A stretch of 32,000 nucleotides of DNA from Candidatus Pacearchaeota archaeon (GTDB taxonomy: Archaea > Nanobdellota > Nanobdellia > Pacearchaeales > UBA284). Positions 28,074 to 32,000 of this stretch are shown here, piece by piece. Within the stretch, counting starts at the first letter, position 1, and each line of letters begins with the position of its first letter. The notes beneath the pieces were generated by a model. That model searched no databases, was not told the DNA's origin, and worked only from the letters and a program-made list of their open reading frames with translations. A program made the position numbers and the translations under genes. Where the stretch lies: assembly GCA_026016245.1 (NCBI GenBank), contig CP061211.1, positions 480,001-512,000 on the forward strand, written 5' to 3'.

Positions 28074-28316
28074 ATGGTTAAATGGCCAGAGTGGTTGGTT
28101 TTTGGAATTAGTTTTATAGTGTTAGCAGTATTTTGTTTTTTTGCATTAGAAATGTCACCTATTTTCGGGATACCTGGGAAATGGACAGAATATCTGGTTT
28201 TTGGCAAGTTTTTTGGTGTTATTTTCTTGATCTTGGCTATTGCTAGTTTCATAAACCTGATTATATCTGCTTCAAGAGAGAAAATACAAAGAGAAATAAG
28301 AAAGAGTAGAAAGTAA
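28074..28316 (+). CDS. Small two-TM membrane protein
   Basis: ORF with two hydrophobic segments; TTTATATA 29 bp before ATG. Confidence 0.65.
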   Translation: MVKWPEWLVFGISFIVLAVFCFFALEMSPIFGIPGKWTEYLVFGKFFGVIFLILAIASFINLIISASREKIQREIRKSRK

Positions 28317-28364
28317 GCTTAAAAGTTTTAATTTTTAGATTTTTAGCCTTTTTGGTTAGTTCTC

Positions 28365-28658
28365 TCAGCTTTTCTTAGCTCCCCACTTAGAGAATAAGAC
28401 AAGGGCCATCACACAGACTATTGTTATTAATATTGCTGAGTAGATTTTGTAAAGATAGGCTTGTTGTATCTGAATGCCCATATTTACTATGAAAGCATTA
28501 ATACCCTCTTGTATAGCATCTCTCCATACTAAAGCTATGAGAAAAGCAAAACCAGCTGTGATTGCTGTGGCTATATGGGTCCTAAATCCTTTTCTAAATT
28601 CTTGCTCTAGATTCTTTGCTGTGCTTAAAACTTTTGATTTTCTGAACCTCTTTTTCAT
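28365..28658 (-). CDS. DUF5654-like two-TM protein
   Basis: FRTHIATAITAGFAFLIALVWRDAIQEGI... Confidence 0.6.
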   Translation of the reverse strand: MKKRFRKSKVLSTAKNLEQEFRKGFRTHIATAITAGFAFLIALVWRDAIQEGINAFIVNMGIQIQQAYLYKIYSAILITIVCVMALVLFSKWGAKKS

Positions 28659-28761
28659 GAAAATTAGAATAATCTAATGCTTAAAAATTTTAGTTTTTTA
28701 CTTAAAGTTTTTAATTTTTTATTTATTTTTTGTAATTTTTAGAAAAATTTAAAAGCATCTG

Positions 28762-29409
28762 TTGTTTGATTTTTTTATGGGTTTTCTATGGTTCGGAAAA
28801 AAGAAAAAAGGAGATGAATCTGATAAAATTAAAGATGAAGTTAAGTCTTCTTTTGAAAATGTTAAGCGAGATATGTCCAAAATAAGCCGTTGGATTAGAC
28901 ATTTGGACACTAAAGACAATGTTCTAGAGGGTGAAATGGGTATGATTAGAGATGAAATTGGGGGTATAAAGCAAGATATCGACGGGATTAAAAGTTTTGT
29001 TTCTTTCTTTGATACACGTCTGGCAAGCAGGATTTTCAAGCAAAAACAAACACCTGTCCATAAACAAACAGCTGTCCAAGCTGTCCAAACACCTGTCCAA
29101 ACAGTTGTTCAAACAGCAATTTTAAGGGGTTTGACAGCAAATGAAAGACTTATAATATGGACTTTGCTTAATACTGATCTTAAATTGAGCTATGATGATA
29201 TTGCAGTTTTATTAGGAAAAGAAAAATCTACTGTGAGGGGCCAGATTAATAGTATCAAACAAAAAAGTGGCATTGGATTGATAAATGAATTTTTAGAAAT
29301 ATCTGGAAAAAAAAGATATTATATTAATGAAAAAGTTAGAAACACAATTTTTAAGTCAATCAAGGTAAAAACTAGAAAAATAGAAAAAACAGGAAGAGGC
29401 AAAAAGTAG
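28762..29409 (+). CDS. Coiled-coil protein with C-terminal HTH
   Basis: N-terminal heptad-like region; LTANERLIIWTLLNTDLKLSYDDIAVLLGKEKSTVRGQINSIK. Confidence 0.7.
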   Translation: MFDFFMGFLWFGKKKKGDESDKIKDEVKSSFENVKRDMSKISRWIRHLDTKDNVLEGEMGMIRDEIGGIKQDIDGIKSFVSFFDTRLASRIFKQKQTPVHKQTAVQAVQTPVQTVVQTAILRGLTANERLIIWTLLNTDLKLSYDDIAVLLGKEKSTVRGQINSIKQKSGIGLINEFLEISGKKRYYINEKVRNTIFKSIKVKTRKIEKTGRGKK

Positions 29410-29837
29410 AAAAGATAAGTTTTGGGCTAGATGAGATATAGGTAAAGTCAAGCTAAATTATGAATTTTATGAGTTGAAATATAGGAAAAGTGAGGCATCT
29501 ATTTGAATAAACGAACTTTTTAGGCTGAAAATTGCTGAAAAAAGTCTAGAGAAAGAGGAAAAGTGAGAGTTTGTTGTTGGGATTAAAACGAACTACCAAG
29601 GAAAAAACAGAAATAAAAGTGTTTAGGAATAAGTAAAAGTGAGTGTTAGAATTAGTTTATTGGAATTTGTGGATGTTTTAACATACAACATGTGGTATAG
29701 GGTATAGGGTTAGAATACAAGATTTAGTTAAAATAAAGGTTAAATAAGGTTATATGATAGTTATTCGGCTAAGCGTTTTATGATATCTAGTATTAATTTT
29801 ATATCTCTTTAAAACAAATATTCTTCTAGAACTTAAA

Positions 29838-30485
29838 CTATAGTCCTTTTAATTTTGATAGCTTGTCTAAAGTAGCTAGATCTTTTAATTCTCGAGGTAT
29901 CTTTAGTATGATTATCTTGTTATTAATTTTCTCCTTAATTACTGGTATTCCCTTATGAATAAGTCTGACAACATAATCTCTTATTGAACTTTCTGTTAAT
30001 CCTGTTCTTTGTGCAATATCACTATAAGTTACTTTTTCTAGCTCTTCTTCTAATGTATAGAGAACTGAGAAGATCAGGAATTCTTTGTTTGTTAATGTTT
30101 TGAATTTTTCTCCTAGATCCTGTCTTAATGTGTCAAGAATATCAGAAAGCTGGTTGATTTCTTGTGAATATTCTGGCCTCTTAGAAGCTGTTTCAGGAGT
30201 TCGTTTTAATGGTGTTATTTGTCTGTCGTATGTGTGCTGTCTGTCTGCTGGAACCCCTTCATTTCCTATGGAACTCTGGAAATTTGCTTGTTTTAGGCTG
30301 TAATTCATTAGATTATCTGCCGTATTATGTGTCGTATGTCTGGCTTGTGCTGGAGGTGTGCTGGATAATAGAATTCGCTTAATTTCCTCAATTTCTTGTT
30401 TAAGAATCATAATTTCTTGTTGAAAAAAAAGCATGTCTTCTTTGATTTTTGAGAAAGATTCTCTAACTTTATTTTCATCTATCAT
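29838..30485 (-). CDS. Coiled-coil protein with C-terminal HTH, same architecture as 28762-29409
   Basis: LTNKEFLIFSVLYTLEEELEKVTYSDIAQRTGLTESSIRDYVVRLIHKGIPV. Confidence 0.7.
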   Translation of the reverse strand: MIDENKVRESFSKIKEDMLFFQQEIMILKQEIEEIKRILLSSTPPAQARHTTHNTADNLMNYSLKQANFQSSIGNEGVPADRQHTYDRQITPLKRTPETASKRPEYSQEINQLSDILDTLRQDLGEKFKTLTNKEFLIFSVLYTLEEELEKVTYSDIAQRTGLTESSIRDYVVRLIHKGIPVIKEKINNKIIILKIPRELKDLATLDKLSKLKGL

Positions 30486-30527
30486 TTTAGTTAGGGATAT
30501 GTTAAGTAATTTAAATAGATTTTTGTG

Positions 30528-30836
30528 TTATAAAATCCTAGAATCAATTATAAATTTCTGGCTGGCATTATTGATCTTTTTGTAGGCATCATAGACTTTT
30601 GAATCTAAGCGCCACCTTATGCGTCTGCTATAGTCCTGACCTTTTGGATTCTTTTTTATTGCTATGACCAAGCCCTTAGCCTCTAGTCCAAGAAGCAGCT
30701 TTTTCATGTATTCTTCATCTCTGGCCAGTTCTTGAGCTATACGGCATGTGAAAAGGGCTTTTGGGGAGTGTTGGAAAAGGAAATGAAGTATTGATTCTTT
30801 TATCTTTTCCTCTTTTCTTATTGATATTCTTGGCAT
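30528..30836 (-). CDS. wHTH-like protein
   Basis: ESILHFLFQHSPKALFTCRIAQELARDEEYMKKLLLGLEAKGLVIA. Confidence 0.6.
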   Translation of the reverse strand: MPRISIRKEEKIKESILHFLFQHSPKALFTCRIAQELARDEEYMKKLLLGLEAKGLVIAIKKNPKGQDYSRRIRWRLDSKVYDAYKKINNASQKFIIDSRIL

Positions 30837-30886
30837 GTTTCTGTTTATGTAAAAATGTTTATAAAGATTATTGTGTTCTTCGGTTT

Positions 30887-31795
30887 ATGATTTCAAAAGA
30901 AGTGACTAGGAGAGCGTTTCTAAAGTATATGATTGCAGGAGGGGCTGCTTTAGCTGCTAAACCTTCATTATTATGGGGTGAGACACTTGAAGATAAAATT
31001 AAAAGAAGAAGAATTGATGCCTTGCATCCTGGTCCAAGAGGACAACATATTGCAGGCTATCGGTTTCCTCTTAAGATTAAAGATAAGATTTTTCCTTATA
31101 TGAAAGGCGAGGAAATAAAATTTAATGTGCGTTTTGAGTATTTTCAGGGCCCAAAAGGTGTTGGAGGAGCTTTAAGGACTTTTGTTTATTTAGATGAAAA
31201 AGATTGGTATTCTAGAAAAGCTATACGCAATCTTAAACTCATATTCTATAGTACAAAGAAAACAAGTGTATCAAAAGAGATATATGAAGTTAATGTGGAT
31301 CGGCATAAAGGAAGAGTAACACACTGTTCTCTTGATTATGTCATACTTCCAGGAGATTATTTTGCTAAAAAATTTGAGAGTAGTGTTTACACAATTTTAA
31401 AAAAAGCGAAAATAAACAAGAAGGATATAAAAAAGGTGTTTTGGGTAAAAGATTTATTTGAAGATATCAAGGATCAGGATTTATTGGAAAAGATTATTGA
31501 AAAAGGTAATGATATAACTGGCCAAAGTGTGCATATAAAAACTGCTGATTATAATGGTTTTGGTCTTCTTGATGATAATCTTCTGAATGGAGAGAAAAGA
31601 AATCCAAAACTAGTGAGGGTTGAGTTGTTGAGAGGCGATCAGAGTGTTGAAGCAGTGGGTATTATTCTTAAGGTTGTTGATTTCAGGGAGACTAAAATGG
31701 GCACAGGAAATTTATTTGGTAGTGCTGATTATTTCTTTGACTTTAATGTGAAAAAACTTAGTAAAGACATAAATATTCCAAAAGGGGAAGATTAA
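30887..31795 (+). CDS. Predicted Tat-exported hypothetical protein
   Basis: MISKEVTRRAFLKYMIAGGAALAAKPSLLWG signal; TATA-like TTTATAAAG upstream; start moved from the track's 30761. Confidence 0.65.
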   Translation: MISKEVTRRAFLKYMIAGGAALAAKPSLLWGETLEDKIKRRRIDALHPGPRGQHIAGYRFPLKIKDKIFPYMKGEEIKFNVRFEYFQGPKGVGGALRTFVYLDEKDWYSRKAIRNLKLIFYSTKKTSVSKEIYEVNVDRHKGRVTHCSLDYVILPGDYFAKKFESSVYTILKKAKINKKDIKKVFWVKDLFEDIKDQDLLEKIIEKGNDITGQSVHIKTADYNGFGLLDDNLLNGEKRNPKLVRVELLRGDQSVEAVGIILKVVDFRETKMGTGNLFGSADYFFDFNVKKLSKDINIPKGED

Positions 31796-31989
31796 ACAAG
31801 ATCTTTAAGCTCTTCTTTGTAAATGCTCAGAATTTTTGGTTTTAATTTTGATGGAATTCTTGAAGCATAGATTCTAAAGAATTTTTTTCTTAGTTCATCT
31901 TCTCTTGTTAGGGCTTCTTTTAGATATTTTTTCCTGAATTTATCTATAATATATCCTTTTTCTTTATTTCTTAAGGCAAATAAAAGCAT
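31792..31989 (-). CDS. Small charged hypothetical protein
   Basis: ORF only, convergent with the Tat protein gene. Confidence 0.45.
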   Translation of the reverse strand: MLLFALRNKEKGYIIDKFRKKYLKEALTREDELRKKFFRIYASRIPSKLKPKILSIYKEELKDLV

Positions 31990-32000
31990 TAAAAGTTCTT

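Noticed and set aside
1-32000. CRISPR array or cas operon, prompted by the Cas4-like gene
   Set aside because: No regularly spaced direct repeats of 24-40 bp seen; the 26-bp repeat at 21145/23694 has only two copies 2.5 kb apart
1-32000. tRNA/rRNA genes
   Set aside because: No GC-rich cloverleaf-like segment with GGTTCGAATCC-type T arm recognised by eye; a tRNAscan-SE run would be decisive

Overview
AT-rich, densely coded window from a probable small-genome archaeon (DPANN/Woesearchaeota-like; this is inference from gene content, TATA-like leaders and archaeal-style Xer, Orc-free layout). The left 10 kb is mostly housekeeping or accessory: Fic, Cas4-like nuclease, Mpg glycosylase, TGS/OBG-type GTPase, RG-rich zinc-ribbon protein, ASCH protein, an XPD/DinG-like helicase, a cold-shock protein and a Nudix hydrolase. 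From about 10.1 to 25.7 kb the content looks like a defence island. It has a complete Type I restriction-modification locus (hsdM, hsdS, hsdR) opened up by three extra genes: a TM/coiled-coil protein, a PIN-like (DUF4935-type) nuclease and an antisense AbiTii-like membrane protein. It is followed by RadC, a run of small ORFs sharing an almost identical leader, and a TM protein + DGQHR protein + Dam-like methylase module bounded by an exact 26-bp direct repeat. A Zn-finger GNAT protein and a zinc-ribbon/PD-(D/E)XK nuclease pair close the island. Most notable: (1) a PIN nuclease embedded between hsdM and hsdS, with a duplicated hsdS 5' end left in front of it; (2) the repeat-bounded DGQHR + DPCY-motif methylase module; (3) palindromic operators directly in front of small regulator genes (5549-5566 and 10124-10140), the first preceding an antitoxin-like gene with a truncated toxin remnant. 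The rest of the window has XerA-like recombinase, two coiled-coil/wHTH proteins facing each other across a motif-rich gap, and a Tat-exported protein. No tRNA, rRNA or CRISPR array was recognised. All family calls are from motif recognition by eye, without database searches.
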